Made by a program: the position numbers and the translations under genes. 64,000 nt of DNA from Deltaproteobacteria bacterium (lineage in GTDB: Bacteria; Myxococcota; XYA12-FULL-58-9): positions 1,070 to 65,069 of the forward strand of contig JACRCV010000063.1 in NCBI GenBank assembly GCA_016218825.1. Reading direction: 5' to 3'. The notes under the pieces are model-generated. The model saw only the letters and a list, made by a program, of their open reading frames with translations. It did no database searches and was not told the DNA's origin. Numbering within the stretch: the first letter of the stretch is position 1; each line of letters begins with the position of its first letter. This document shows positions 41,707 to 50,950 of this stretch, one piece after another.

Positions 41707-43329
41707 TCACCGGTCGGTGCACGAGTAACAGAGCTCGAAGCTCTTATTGACGAGCGGAAAATCGGGAATGATGGAGGTCTGGGCCGCGAGGGGTACCGCC
41801 GGCCAGTTGGCGTAGCTCGCCGAGCGCAGGTGGTAGCGGTCGATGCGGCCGGCAGCGTCGGCGCGCAGCCAGTGGATCGCGGCGCCGCGCGGCGACTCGA
41901 TCGCGCTGATGCCGATCCCCCCCGCCGGCAGCTCCTCGGGCATCGGGGCGCAGATCGGGCCCGGCGGCACGTCCGCGAGCATCGCCTGCAGCAGCCGGAT
42001 CGACTCCCGCGCCTCGGCGACGCGCACGTTGAGGCGGGCGTGAACGTCGCCGTCGGTATCGGTCGCCACCGCCACCGCCAACCCGGTCGCGCTCCCATAC
42101 GCCGCGTGCGGGTGGTCGCGCCGCGCATCGCGGTTGACGTCGCTGGCGCGCGCCGCCACGCCGGTCACGCCGAGGGCGATGGCGTGCTCCCGCGCCAACA
42201 CCCCGGTGGTATCGAGGCGGTCGACGACCGACGGGTTGTTCTCGATGCGCGCCACCAGGCTCGTGAGCCCGGCCGCGGTCGCCGGCAACAGCGCGTCGAT
42301 GCCGCGGCCCGAATCGGCGGTCAGATCGAGGCGCGCGCCGCCCGGCGTCACCAGGCCGCGCAAGAAGCGGTTCCCGGCCAGGCGCTCGGCCACCTGCTGC
42401 ACCGCCTCCTTCAGCCGCAGGCCGGCGGAGGTGCCATAGTGGTAGCTGGCGCCGGCGGCGATGTTGCCGATGTCGCCCAGGTGGTTGTAGAGCCGCTCGA
42501 GCTCGAGCGCGAGGCTCCGCAGCACCCGTGCCCGGCGCGGCACCTCGACCCCGGCGACCTGCTCGACGGCCTCGCAGAAGCCGAGCGCGTGCGACACCGA
42601 GCACACGCCGCACATCCGCTCGGCGATGTAGAACGCATCGCCGAGCGTGCGCCCCTCGATGCGTTTCTCCAGCCCGCGGTGGGTGTAGAACAGCCGCGCC
42701 TCGAGGTGGAGCACGCCCTCGCCGACGGTGCTGAAGCGGAAGTGTCCGGGCTCGATGATGCCGGCGTGGATCGGGCCCACCGGGACCTCGAGCACGCCTT
42801 CGCCCTCCACCCGCAGATGCGGGAGCTCCTCGCTCGGCTCTACGGCAGGGCGCTCGCGGGCGTCGAAGTCCTTGCGCAGCGGATAGCGGCCCTTCGGCCA
42901 GCCGTCGTGAACCACCAGCGACCGCGGGTCCGGGTGATCGGTGAACACGATCCCCAACAGGTCTTGCGCCTCGCGCTCGTGCCAATTCGCCGCCGGCACC
43001 CGGTCGGAGATGGACGGCAGCGCCGGGCGCGCCGGGTCGAGCGCCGCCACCAGCGTCACGAAGAGGTCGGGGAGCGCCCCCGGGCCGGTGGCCGGCTCGA
43101 AGACGTAGCGAACCTTGAGATCCCTCTCGGCGGTCGCGCGCTCATCGGTCGCCACCAGCGTCGCCAGGCTCAAGCCGGCGGCACCCAGGTCGGCGGTCGC
43201 CTGCTGCACGTCGGCGGCGCGATGCAGGCGCAACGTCAGATCTTGGCGGCGCGGCCCGGGCTCGAAGGTCGCCAAAGCGCCGACCTTCGCCTCGAGCTCG
43301 CGCGCCAGTGTTTGGGTCGCCTCAGCCAA
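41707..43329 (-). CDS. group 4 [NiFe]-hydrogenase large subunit (NuoC-NuoD fusion, HycE/HyfG-like)
   Basis: PVGPIHAGIIEPGHFRF...THRGLEK, N-terminal Ni-ligand motif RMCGVCSVSH and C-terminal motif ELCYSCTDR with no C-terminal extension. The TTG start overlaps the end of the upstream gene by 8 nt. Confidence 0.8.
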   Translation of the reverse strand: MAEATQTLARELEAKVGALATFEPGPRRQDLTLRLHRAADVQQATADLGAAGLSLATLVATDERATAERDLKVRYVFEPATGPGALPDLFVTLVAALDPARPALPSISDRVPAANWHEREAQDLLGIVFTDHPDPRSLVVHDGWPKGRYPLRKDFDARERPAVEPSEELPHLRVEGEGVLEVPVGPIHAGIIEPGHFRFSTVGEGVLHLEARLFYTHRGLEKRIEGRTLGDAFYIAERMCGVCSVSHALGFCEAVEQVAGVEVPRRARVLRSLALELERLYNHLGDIGNIAAGASYHYGTSAGLRLKEAVQQVAERLAGNRFLRGLVTPGGARLDLTADSGRGIDALLPATAAGLTSLVARIENNPSVVDRLDTTGVLAREHAIALGVTGVAARASDVNRDARRDHPHAAYGSATGLAVAVATDTDGDVHARLNVRVAEARESIRLLQAMLADVPPGPICAPMPEELPAGGIGISAIESPRGAAIHWLRADAAGRIDRYHLRSASYANWPAVPLAAQTSIIPDFPLVNKSFELCYSCTDR

Positions 43330-44794
43330 GGATGATCTCCGTGGCGCGCATCAGCACCTGGTCGAACACCGCCGGGATGGCGAGCCCGAAGAGCACCATC
43401 ACCGCCACCAAGAGCAGCATGCCGAAGAGCGGCAGCCGCGCCTCCGGCCCTCGGTCAGCGCTCGGGCCGGCGACGCCGAAGGCCATTTGCCCCACGTGGT
43501 GGATGAGCCCGGCGAAGATGATCACCACCATCACCAGAAAGACCGCGACCGTCAGGTAGCGACCGGCCGCGAGCCCGGCGCTGATGATCAACAGCTCGCT
43601 GATGAAGATCGAGAACGGCGGCGTGCCGGCCAACGAGAACGCGCCCATCATCAGCAGGGTCGCGGCCCAGGGCGCGATGCCCAAGAAGCCGCGGATGATC
43701 CGCATGTCACGGGTGCCGTAGCGGCCGATCACGTCGCCGGCGATCAAGAACACCAGGGCCTTGGTGACCCCGTGGTTGATCACGTGCAGCAGGGCGCCGT
43801 AGGTCCCGACCCGACCGCCGAAGCCGAGGCCGAGCGCGATGATGCCGACGTGCTCGACGCTGTGGTAGCCGAGGAGGCGCTTCAGGTCGTGCTGCACCAG
43901 GATGAAGGGGGTCGCGACGACCACCGACACCAGGCCAAAGAGGAGCAGCAGGCCTTCGCTGAGCTCGGGGCCGCAGGCGCCGCGCGCGATGGTGTGAAAG
44001 CGAATGATCCCGAACAACGCACACTTGATGAGGGCGCCCGACAACAGCGCCGACACCGGCGTCGGCGCCTGGCTGTGGGCATCGGGGAGCCACAGGTGCA
44101 CCGGGGCGAGGCCGGCCTTGGTGCCGTAGCCCACGATCACGAAGATGAAGCCGATGCGGATGATCCCGGGGTCGAGGCGGCTCGAGATCGCGGCGATGCT
44201 CGACCAGTTCATCGCACCGGCAAACACGTCGCCCTGGGCGTGCGCCGCGGCGCCGTACACCAACACCGTGCCGAACAGGCCGAAGGAGATGCCGATGGTG
44301 GTGACGATGATGTACTTCCACGCCGCCTCGAGGCCGAGCTTGTCGCCGTGGAAACCGACGAGCAGGGCCGAGGTGATCGTCGTGCCCTCCATCGCGATCC
44401 ACAAGATCCCGAGGTTGTCGGCGAGCACGGTGACCACCATCGTCGCGATGAAGCCGTGGACCAGCGCGTAGTAGTAGTGCAGGCGGTCGGCGCGCATGTG
44501 GCCGCGGGCGAGCTCGGCGCGCATGAAGCCGCCGCTGGCGATCGACACCGCCACCGCCAACAGACCGACGAGCAGCAGGAACACCACCGCGACGGCGTCG
44601 GCGCGAAAGGTGCCGAGCGCGCTCACCGGGCCGACGGTCGCGACCTCGAAGGCGATCGCCAGCCCCAAGACGAGAACCGCCAAGGCGCTCGTGAGATCCA
44701 GCGCCGCGAGCAGGCGTCGGTCGCGGCCGAGCAACATCACCAGGCCAAAGACGGCGGGGACGGCGGGGCAGAGCCAGAGGAGGTTCGAGGTCAT
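43322..44794 (-). CDS. NuoM/N-like antiporter-type membrane subunit (HyfF/HycC-like)
   Basis: WLPDAHSQAPTPVSALLSGALIK and LLGYHSVEHVGIIALG; about 14 TM helices; ATG 2 nt after the upstream stop. Confidence 0.75.
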   Translation of the reverse strand: MTSNLLWLCPAVPAVFGLVMLLGRDRRLLAALDLTSALAVLVLGLAIAFEVATVGPVSALGTFRADAVAVVFLLLVGLLAVAVSIASGGFMRAELARGHMRADRLHYYYALVHGFIATMVVTVLADNLGILWIAMEGTTITSALLVGFHGDKLGLEAAWKYIIVTTIGISFGLFGTVLVYGAAAHAQGDVFAGAMNWSSIAAISSRLDPGIIRIGFIFVIVGYGTKAGLAPVHLWLPDAHSQAPTPVSALLSGALIKCALFGIIRFHTIARGACGPELSEGLLLLFGLVSVVVATPFILVQHDLKRLLGYHSVEHVGIIALGLGFGGRVGTYGALLHVINHGVTKALVFLIAGDVIGRYGTRDMRIIRGFLGIAPWAATLLMMGAFSLAGTPPFSIFISELLIISAGLAAGRYLTVAVFLVMVVIIFAGLIHHVGQMAFGVAGPSADRGPEARLPLFGMLLLVAVMVLFGLAIPAVFDQVLMRATEIILG

Positions 44795-44796
44795 CG

Positions 44797-45453
44797 TCAG
44801 CCCTTGAGGCTCTCGAGATCGGCGATGTCGGCGTCGACGCTCGAGCGCACCCGCAACAACAGGATCCCCATCACCAGCGCGCCCAAGACCACGTCGAGGA
44901 TGACGCCGATCTCGATGATCAGCGGCATCCCCTGGCTGATCGCCATCGCCGTGAAGAAGATGCCGTTCTCCGAGGCGAACAGGCCGACCATCTGCACCAA
45001 CGCCTTGCGGCGCGAGGCCATCACCAGCACGCCGATGAGCGTCAGGGCGATGCCCACCGGCAACGCGTTGCCGGTGATGGTCTGGCGCACCGGGCCGAGC
45101 GACGCCGCGAGGTGGAACGCCAGCACCACGATGCCGGCGGCGAACGCCAGCGTGACGTTGATCGGGATCACCGCCTCGATGTCGCGCCGGATCTGGATGC
45201 GGCGGATCACCCAGAGCAACAACCAGGGGAGGAGGACGCCCTTGGCGACGATGGTGATGCCGGCGATGATCCACAGATCGACGTTGCCGGTCGCGGCGGC
45301 GAGGACCGCGCCGGCGATCCCGAGGAAGACCGCCTGCACCGCCACCGCGTAGATCGCCCGATACAGCTGGCCGGCGGCGAGGATGAGCAGGGTGGTGAAG
45401 AGCAACAACGCCCCGAGGACGTCGATGAGGCGGGTGGCCAGCTCGACGCTCAT
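44797..45453 (-). CDS. small membrane subunit (HyfE-like)
   Basis: 218-aa polytopic protein. Its position and size match hydrogenase-4 component E. The track 940-aa ORF is a run-on; the real ATG is at 45451-45453. Confidence 0.55.
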   Translation of the reverse strand: MSVELATRLIDVLGALLLFTTLLILAAGQLYRAIYAVAVQAVFLGIAGAVLAAATGNVDLWIIAGITIVAKGVLLPWLLLWVIRRIQIRRDIEAVIPINVTLAFAAGIVVLAFHLAASLGPVRQTITGNALPVGIALTLIGVLVMASRRKALVQMVGLFASENGIFFTAMAISQGMPLIIEIGVILDVVLGALVMGILLLRVRSSVDADIADLESLKG

Positions 45454-46400
45454 AGGATCCTCAGCGCCAGCGCCAGGAAGGCGCACACCAGGCCCAGGCC
45501 CAAGAACTGCGGCACCCGGAAGAAGCGCAGCTTGGCGTACGACGACTCGACGACGCCGAGGAAGGTGGCGAGCACCAGCACCTTGGCGGTGAAGGCCGCG
45601 AGCGCCAGCGCCACCGCTCCCGGCTCGGCGCTCGGCATCAGCCCAAAGGGAAAGAACAGCGCCGCGACCAGGGACAAGATCACGAGCTGCTTGGTGTGGG
45701 TCGCGAGCACGATGCACGCCAGGCCGGGGCCGGAGTGCTCGAGCAGCATGCCCTCGTGGAGCATCGTCAGCTCGAGATGGGTGTCGGGGTTGTCCACCGG
45801 GATCCGTCCGGTCTCGGCGAGGGTCAGCACCAGCATCGCGAACAGCGCCAGGAGGTCCGGCGCCTGCCACGCCAGCGCCGCGAGCGTCTGGCGCCGCAGG
45901 GCGAGATCTCCGAGGTCGGTGCTCCCGCCCGCGACCGCCACCGAGAACACCGCCAACATCAGCCCCGGCTCGACCAACAGACCGATGGTCATCTCGCGCG
46001 ACGCCCCCATGCCGCCGAAGGCGCCGCCGGCGTCGAGCGCGCCGATCGCACACAGGAAGCGCGCCAGCGCCAAGAGCGCCAACAGCAGGATGGCGTCGCC
46101 GAGCGGCAGCAGCGCGGCGCCCGCGGGCGCCCACAGCACCGGCAGCATGAAAGTGGTGGCCAGGGTCGCCGCCAACACCAGGACCGGCACGACGCGGAAG
46201 AAGGGGCTCGCGGAGTCGCTCTCGACCGTGCCCTTCTTCAACAGCTTGGCCAGATCGCGGTACGGCTGCCAGACGCTCGCGCCCTGCCGGCACTGCAGGC
46301 GCGCCTTGAGCTTCTGGATGAAGCCGGTGACGAACGGCGCGCACACGGCGAGCAGGGCTGCCTGGAGCACGACGCGTCCGAGGTGGGTGGCGATCTCCAT
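45450..46400 (-). CDS. NuoH-like membrane subunit (HycD/HyfC-like)
   Basis: Polytopic, with ...GRIPVDNPDTHLELTMLHEGMLLEHSG... typical of NuoH/HycD; ATGA overlap with the downstream gene. Confidence 0.75.
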   Translation of the reverse strand: MEIATHLGRVVLQAALLAVCAPFVTGFIQKLKARLQCRQGASVWQPYRDLAKLLKKGTVESDSASPFFRVVPVLVLAATLATTFMLPVLWAPAGAALLPLGDAILLLALLALARFLCAIGALDAGGAFGGMGASREMTIGLLVEPGLMLAVFSVAVAGGSTDLGDLALRRQTLAALAWQAPDLLALFAMLVLTLAETGRIPVDNPDTHLELTMLHEGMLLEHSGPGLACIVLATHTKQLVILSLVAALFFPFGLMPSAEPGAVALALAAFTAKVLVLATFLGVVESSYAKLRFFRVPQFLGLGLVCAFLALALRIL

Positions 46401-46403
46401 GAC

Positions 46404-48404
46404 TCAGGTCTTTGCGAACAGCAGCAGCGCGACCACCAAGGTTCCGAGCACGAAGGCGATATAGCCGTGGATCCGGCCGGTGCTGTAGGCGCGAACGCCC
46501 TCGGCCGCCGTGGTGATCCAATGCTTGAGTCGCGCGTAGAGCACGGTCTCCGCGAGGTCGACCACTTCGCCGCTGTAGCGCAGGCGGTGGATGACGTACG
46601 GCGACGTTCCGGTTTCTCTCGCCACTTGCCGTCGCGGGCGATAGATCGCGGCGAAGATCAGGCGCAGCGGCTTCGCGAACGCGGTGGCGGTGTAGTCGAA
46701 GCGGGGCGTCGGGGCCATGCCGCAGGTCCAGGTCGGCGCCCGCCGCAGCGGCGCTCGACGCGGCCAGCCGCGGAGAATCCAGGCCGCGGCGACGAGCACC
46801 GCGAACAACGCGGCCACCGCCGTCACCGAGATCGAGGTCGGGGCGTGGCCGAGCGGGCCGGCACCCGCAGAGAGAACCAACGGTCCGTGCGCGGTGACCA
46901 CGGCGCTGGCGCCGACGCCGCCCAAGAGCTCGAGCGTCGGTCGATCGAGCAGGCGCATCGCGTAGCCCGGCACCAACCCGAGCACCAGGCAAAGCACCGC
47001 GAGCAGCGTCATCCCGGCGAGCATCGGCGCCGGGGACTCGGCGGCCTGCTCGGCGTGTGTCGATCGCGGCCGGCCGAAGAAGGTGACGCCGAACGCCTTG
47101 GCAAAGCAGGCAGCCGCGAGGCCCCCCGTCAACGCGAGCATCGCGGTGGCGACGCCGGCGAGTAGCCCCGAGGCGCCGCCCAGCCGGGCGCCGCCGAGCA
47201 GCAGGGCCTGGAAGGTCATCCACTCGCTGACGAAGCCGTTGAGCGGTGGCAACGCCGAGATCGCGACCGCGCCGAGCAAGAACAGCCACGCGGTCCAGGG
47301 CATGCGCCGCGCCAAGCCGCCGAGCTCTTCGATGTTGCGGACCCCGGTGCCGCGGATGACGCTGCCCGCACCCAAGAACAACAGCCCCTTGAACGCCGCG
47401 TGGTTCAAGGTGTGCAGCAGCGCCGCCGCCAGCGCCAGGGTCGCGAGGTCGCGGCCGGCGCGGTCGCCGCACAGGAGCATCGCGACGCCGGCGCCGATGA
47501 GGATGATGCCGACGTTCTCGACGCTGTGAAACGCCAGCAGGCGCTTCAGATCGTGCTGCTGCAGCGCCAACAGCACGCCGATCACCGCCGACACCGTCCC
47601 GAGGAAGAGCACCGTCCAACCCCAGGAGGCGGGCAGCGCGCCGCCGGCCGGCGCGAGGATGTCGAAGCCGAAACGGAAGATGCCGTAGATCGCGACCTTC
47701 AGCATGACGCCCGACATCAGCGCCGAGGCGTGGCTCGGCGCCGCCGGGTGGGCCTTGGGCAGCCAGACGTGCAGCGGCACGATGCCGGCCTTGGCGCCGA
47801 ACCCGGCGAGGGCGAGCATGAAGAAGGTCGTGCGCGTCGGGCCGTCGAGGGTACGTGCCGCGGCGCGCAGCGCGTCAAAGTCGAAGGCCCGGGCGTGCTC
47901 TTTGAGCCCGAGAAACACCACGAGGAGGGCCGCGGTCCCGGCGTGCGCCATCACCAGGTACAACAGGCCCGCCCGGGTGTTCTCCGGGTTCTTGACGTCG
48001 CAGACGACGAGGAGGTAGCTCGCGAGCGTCATCCCCTCCCAGGCCAGCAGGAAGGTGAGGCCGTCGCCGGCACAACAGACGAGCGCCATGCAACCGACGA
48101 ATACGCCGAGGGCGAGGGTTTGCACCACCGGCGCCGGCGCGTGCGCGCCCAGATACGCCGGGCCGTAGACGGCGGCGGCCACCGTGATCAGGGTGACGAC
48201 CAGGAGGAAGAACGCCGACAGGCCGTCCACCGAGAGCGACAGCACCGCGAACGGAAACACGGGCGGCAGGTCGACTCGCGGCCGTGGCGCCGCCTGGCCC
48301 AAGAGCAGCGACAGCGCGAACGCGGCGCCGGCGAGGGCCGCGGCGAGGATCAGGAGATGTCCGGCTAAGACCGCGGCGCGTGTCAGCGACCAACGACCGT
48401 CCAT
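46404..48404 (-). CDS. NuoL-like antiporter-type membrane subunit (HyfB/HycC-like)
   Basis: HVWLPKAHPAAPSHASALMSGVMLK and LAFHSVENVGIILIG. ATG at 48402-48404 (alternative TTG at 48443); stop 3 nt before the next gene. Confidence 0.75.
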   Translation of the reverse strand: MDGRWSLTRAAVLAGHLLILAAALAGAAFALSLLLGQAAPRPRVDLPPVFPFAVLSLSVDGLSAFFLLVVTLITVAAAVYGPAYLGAHAPAPVVQTLALGVFVGCMALVCCAGDGLTFLLAWEGMTLASYLLVVCDVKNPENTRAGLLYLVMAHAGTAALLVVFLGLKEHARAFDFDALRAAARTLDGPTRTTFFMLALAGFGAKAGIVPLHVWLPKAHPAAPSHASALMSGVMLKVAIYGIFRFGFDILAPAGGALPASWGWTVLFLGTVSAVIGVLLALQQHDLKRLLAFHSVENVGIILIGAGVAMLLCGDRAGRDLATLALAAALLHTLNHAAFKGLLFLGAGSVIRGTGVRNIEELGGLARRMPWTAWLFLLGAVAISALPPLNGFVSEWMTFQALLLGGARLGGASGLLAGVATAMLALTGGLAAACFAKAFGVTFFGRPRSTHAEQAAESPAPMLAGMTLLAVLCLVLGLVPGYAMRLLDRPTLELLGGVGASAVVTAHGPLVLSAGAGPLGHAPTSISVTAVAALFAVLVAAAWILRGWPRRAPLRRAPTWTCGMAPTPRFDYTATAFAKPLRLIFAAIYRPRRQVARETGTSPYVIHRLRYSGEVVDLAETVLYARLKHWITTAAEGVRAYSTGRIHGYIAFVLGTLVVALLLFAKT

Positions 48405-48473
48405 GGCGGCGCGGATGGTACTCCTTCCGGCCGGTGAGTCCAACCACGACGGCGCGAAGGTCGACCGCCGCGC

Positions 48474-50351
48474 CTACAGCGCTTCGAGCGTGGCGCGCTC
48501 GGCGTCGGTGTAGCCGAGCCCCTTCCAGTCGAGCACCGACCGCGGCCCGTGACAGCGCTCGCAGCTCAGGGCGCCGTCCTTGCGGATCGCGTGACTGATC
48601 TCCATCGACGCGTCGGCGGGGATGTAGCGCGGCTCGACTCTCTCGAGGGCCCGGACGTCGTCGTACGCCGCGGTGTCCCAGCGCGGCATCTCCATGTACG
48701 AGACGAACTCGTCCATCAGATAGACCTTGAACATCAGGCCGTAGAGCATCGCCATCATCGGCTTCTGAACCTCGGCCTGCGCCGCGGCGTCGGGCTTGCC
48801 GGCCGCGAGATAGACCGGCAGGTTGTAGGGCACGAACATGCCGCCGAACGGGCCCATGTTCTGCAAGTCGATGTGCTGCTTGCCGTTGTACACCTTGAAC
48901 GGATACAGCTTCGACGGCTTCAGGCCCGCGATCGGGCGCATCTTGGCGTCGTACCACGCGGCGTAGTCGAAGGTCTGATACTCCGGCCAGACGTGCTGCG
49001 GGCGGTAGAAGCGGTACAGCCTCTGGCCGTTGGGGTTGTCGCCTATCGGGTTGCCGAGGAAGGTCGCGTCGCCGGTCCACCAGGCATAGGTGATCCCCTT
49101 GCCGGGCTCGGTGTCCTTGACGGTGTCGGTGTAGATGTGGAGGCCGGCGGCCTCTTCGTACTCGGTCTGCGAGAAGTCGCGCATCGTCGTCGAATCGGGG
49201 TGCAACGACGGGATGTGGCAGGTCTGGCAGGCGAGACGCCGGCCGTGGTCGTTGAGCGCCTGCGCCTGCGCCATGCTCTCGTGCGGCGCCGCGCCGTGAC
49301 AGCTCTCGCACGCCACCTCGACCCCCGGCAGGTCGTTCGCCATCAGGGTGGTGGTGTGCGTGCCCCTGGGGATGTAGTGCCCCTCGGTCAGGTGACACTC
49401 GGTGCAATTCATTCCCTGCGCCGCGTGCACGTCCCAGGAGGGCGAGTAGGGCGTGCCGCGCTTGCTGCCGGGGTGCAGCACCCGCGGTCGGCTGTGGCCG
49501 ACGTTCTGCAGGCTCTGCATGTACGAGCCGGCCGTGGGGTCGACGTAGACGTCGCCGCCCATGTTGTGCTGGTGGCAGCGCAGGCAGGTCTGGGCGGTGG
49601 TGCGGGTGACCGAGAGCACCGCGGCCAGCGACCGGTCCTGGTCCCAGCGCTTGCGGCCGTCGGCGTCGGTCACCACCTGCTTCTTGTTCATGTCGTAGGC
49701 CTGCGCGTGGCAAATGAGGCAGTCGATGGCGTTGGCCTCGGCTTCGAGGGTCCGATAGCCGGGCATCAATTCGCCCAGCGGCGCCTGGTACTGGCCGCCG
49801 ACGTGACACTGGCCACAACCCTCCGACAGGGTCCGGCCGTCTTTGAGCTCCACGGTCTCGGCCCAGGCGGTGAACGCGAACGAGCCGGGTTTCGGGCACG
49901 GGCGATCGATCTTGCCCATCGGAAAATCGTCGGCGAGCACGCCGTTGAAGCCCCACACGTTCGGGTGCGCGGTCGAGAAGAACCGGTAGTGGACGCTGGT
50001 GGTCACGTTCTCCATCAGGTCGACCTGCTTCTCCTTGCCGCTCTTCGCGTCTTTGACCTTGATCTCTCGGTGGCAACCGACGCAGGTCTCGGGCCCGGAA
50101 AACGACGTCAGCCCCGCCTTGGCGAACAGGTCGACGTGCTTGAGCTTCACGCCCGGGAGCTCGGCCTCGAGCGCCGCGGCCACGGCCGCGAGCTTGGCGG
50201 CGTCGAAGGTGAGGACCGGGAGCGCGACCGCCGCCGGGCGGCTTTGCGCCGGCAGCATCATGTTGATGATGTGCGGCCAGAATCGATACAGGCCGAGCGC
50301 CAGGGCGACGATGAGGGCAGCGACGCCGGCGACGCGGTTGGGCTTGGTCAT
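48474..50351 (-). CDS. membrane-anchored octaheme c-type cytochrome
   Basis: Eight CxxCH motifs (CVGCH, CGQCH, CLICH, CLRCH, CTECH, CESCH, CQTCH, CERCH); N-terminal signal-anchor VAGVAALIVALALGLY. The stop is 30 bp (or 69 bp with the alternative start) upstream of the first hydrogenase membrane subunit gene. Confidence 0.8.
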   Translation of the reverse strand: MTKPNRVAGVAALIVALALGLYRFWPHIINMMLPAQSRPAAVALPVLTFDAAKLAAVAAALEAELPGVKLKHVDLFAKAGLTSFSGPETCVGCHREIKVKDAKSGKEKQVDLMENVTTSVHYRFFSTAHPNVWGFNGVLADDFPMGKIDRPCPKPGSFAFTAWAETVELKDGRTLSEGCGQCHVGGQYQAPLGELMPGYRTLEAEANAIDCLICHAQAYDMNKKQVVTDADGRKRWDQDRSLAAVLSVTRTTAQTCLRCHQHNMGGDVYVDPTAGSYMQSLQNVGHSRPRVLHPGSKRGTPYSPSWDVHAAQGMNCTECHLTEGHYIPRGTHTTTLMANDLPGVEVACESCHGAAPHESMAQAQALNDHGRRLACQTCHIPSLHPDSTTMRDFSQTEYEEAAGLHIYTDTVKDTEPGKGITYAWWTGDATFLGNPIGDNPNGQRLYRFYRPQHVWPEYQTFDYAAWYDAKMRPIAGLKPSKLYPFKVYNGKQHIDLQNMGPFGGMFVPYNLPVYLAAGKPDAAAQAEVQKPMMAMLYGLMFKVYLMDEFVSYMEMPRWDTAAYDDVRALERVEPRYIPADASMEISHAIRKDGALSCERCHGPRSVLDWKGLGYTDAERATLEAL

Positions 50352-50566
50352 CGCAGACTCCGGGAGGGCGCGGGGTGTTGAGCCGGCCCGGATCAGGGGT
50401 GGGGAGATCCCACCGCAGAGCATAGAGCCACCAGCCTTCGAGAACGGTGCAGGCGCTCGCGGCGCGCCGCTGGCGGTCCCTTCAGGCGGTGCATACCCTA
50501 GCGGCGTGAGAACCGGGCTCGCGGGCGTTTGCGCCTGCTACGCCGGTGATTTCATAGGGAGGCGCT

Positions 50567-50950
50567 ATGGCGACCTTGGCCGAACAATCCTGTCAACCTT
50601 GCCGCGGCGGCGTGCCGCCGTTGTCTGCAGATCTGGCGCGGGCGCTCACGACCGAGCTCGCCGGCTGGACGATCATCGACGGTCACTTGACGAAGCCCTA
50701 TGACTTCATCGACTTCGCCGAGTCGCTCGCCTTCGTCGATCGGGTCGGCGAGCTCGCCGAGTACGAAGGCCACCACCCCGACATCTACCTGACCTGGGGG
50801 CGGGTGCGCATCGAGCTCTGGACCCACAAGGTGAACGGGCTGACGACCAACGACTTCATCATGGCCGCGAAGATCGACCGGATGTTGCAGCGGAGCATCC
50901 GCGTTCCGCCGTCGACCGTGGATCAGCCCGGGACGACCGCGCACCCGTAG
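50567..50950 (+). CDS. pterin-4a-carbinolamine dehydratase (PCD/DCoH)
   Basis: [EDKH]x3GHHPx5,6[YW]x9Hx8D signature: EYEGHHPDIYLTWGRVRIELWTH...D; GGGAGG RBS. Confidence 0.8.
   Translation: MATLAEQSCQPCRGGVPPLSADLARALTTELAGWTIIDGHLTKPYDFIDFAESLAFVDRVGELAEYEGHHPDIYLTWGRVRIELWTHKVNGLTTNDFIMAAKIDRMLQRSIRVPPSTVDQPGTTAHP

Noticed and set aside
44797-47619. 940-aa ORF
   Set aside because: Only the C-terminal 218 aa (from MSVELATRL at 45451-45453) look like a membrane protein. The remainder is a low-complexity Arg/Gly-rich translation overlapping the NuoH-like and NuoL-like genes in another frame.
50923-50950. 28-bp 3' overlap of convergent PCD and vWA genes as a possible annotation error
   Set aside because: Both frames are supported by strong family motifs up to their stops, so a convergent overlap is plausible. 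It is kept as is.
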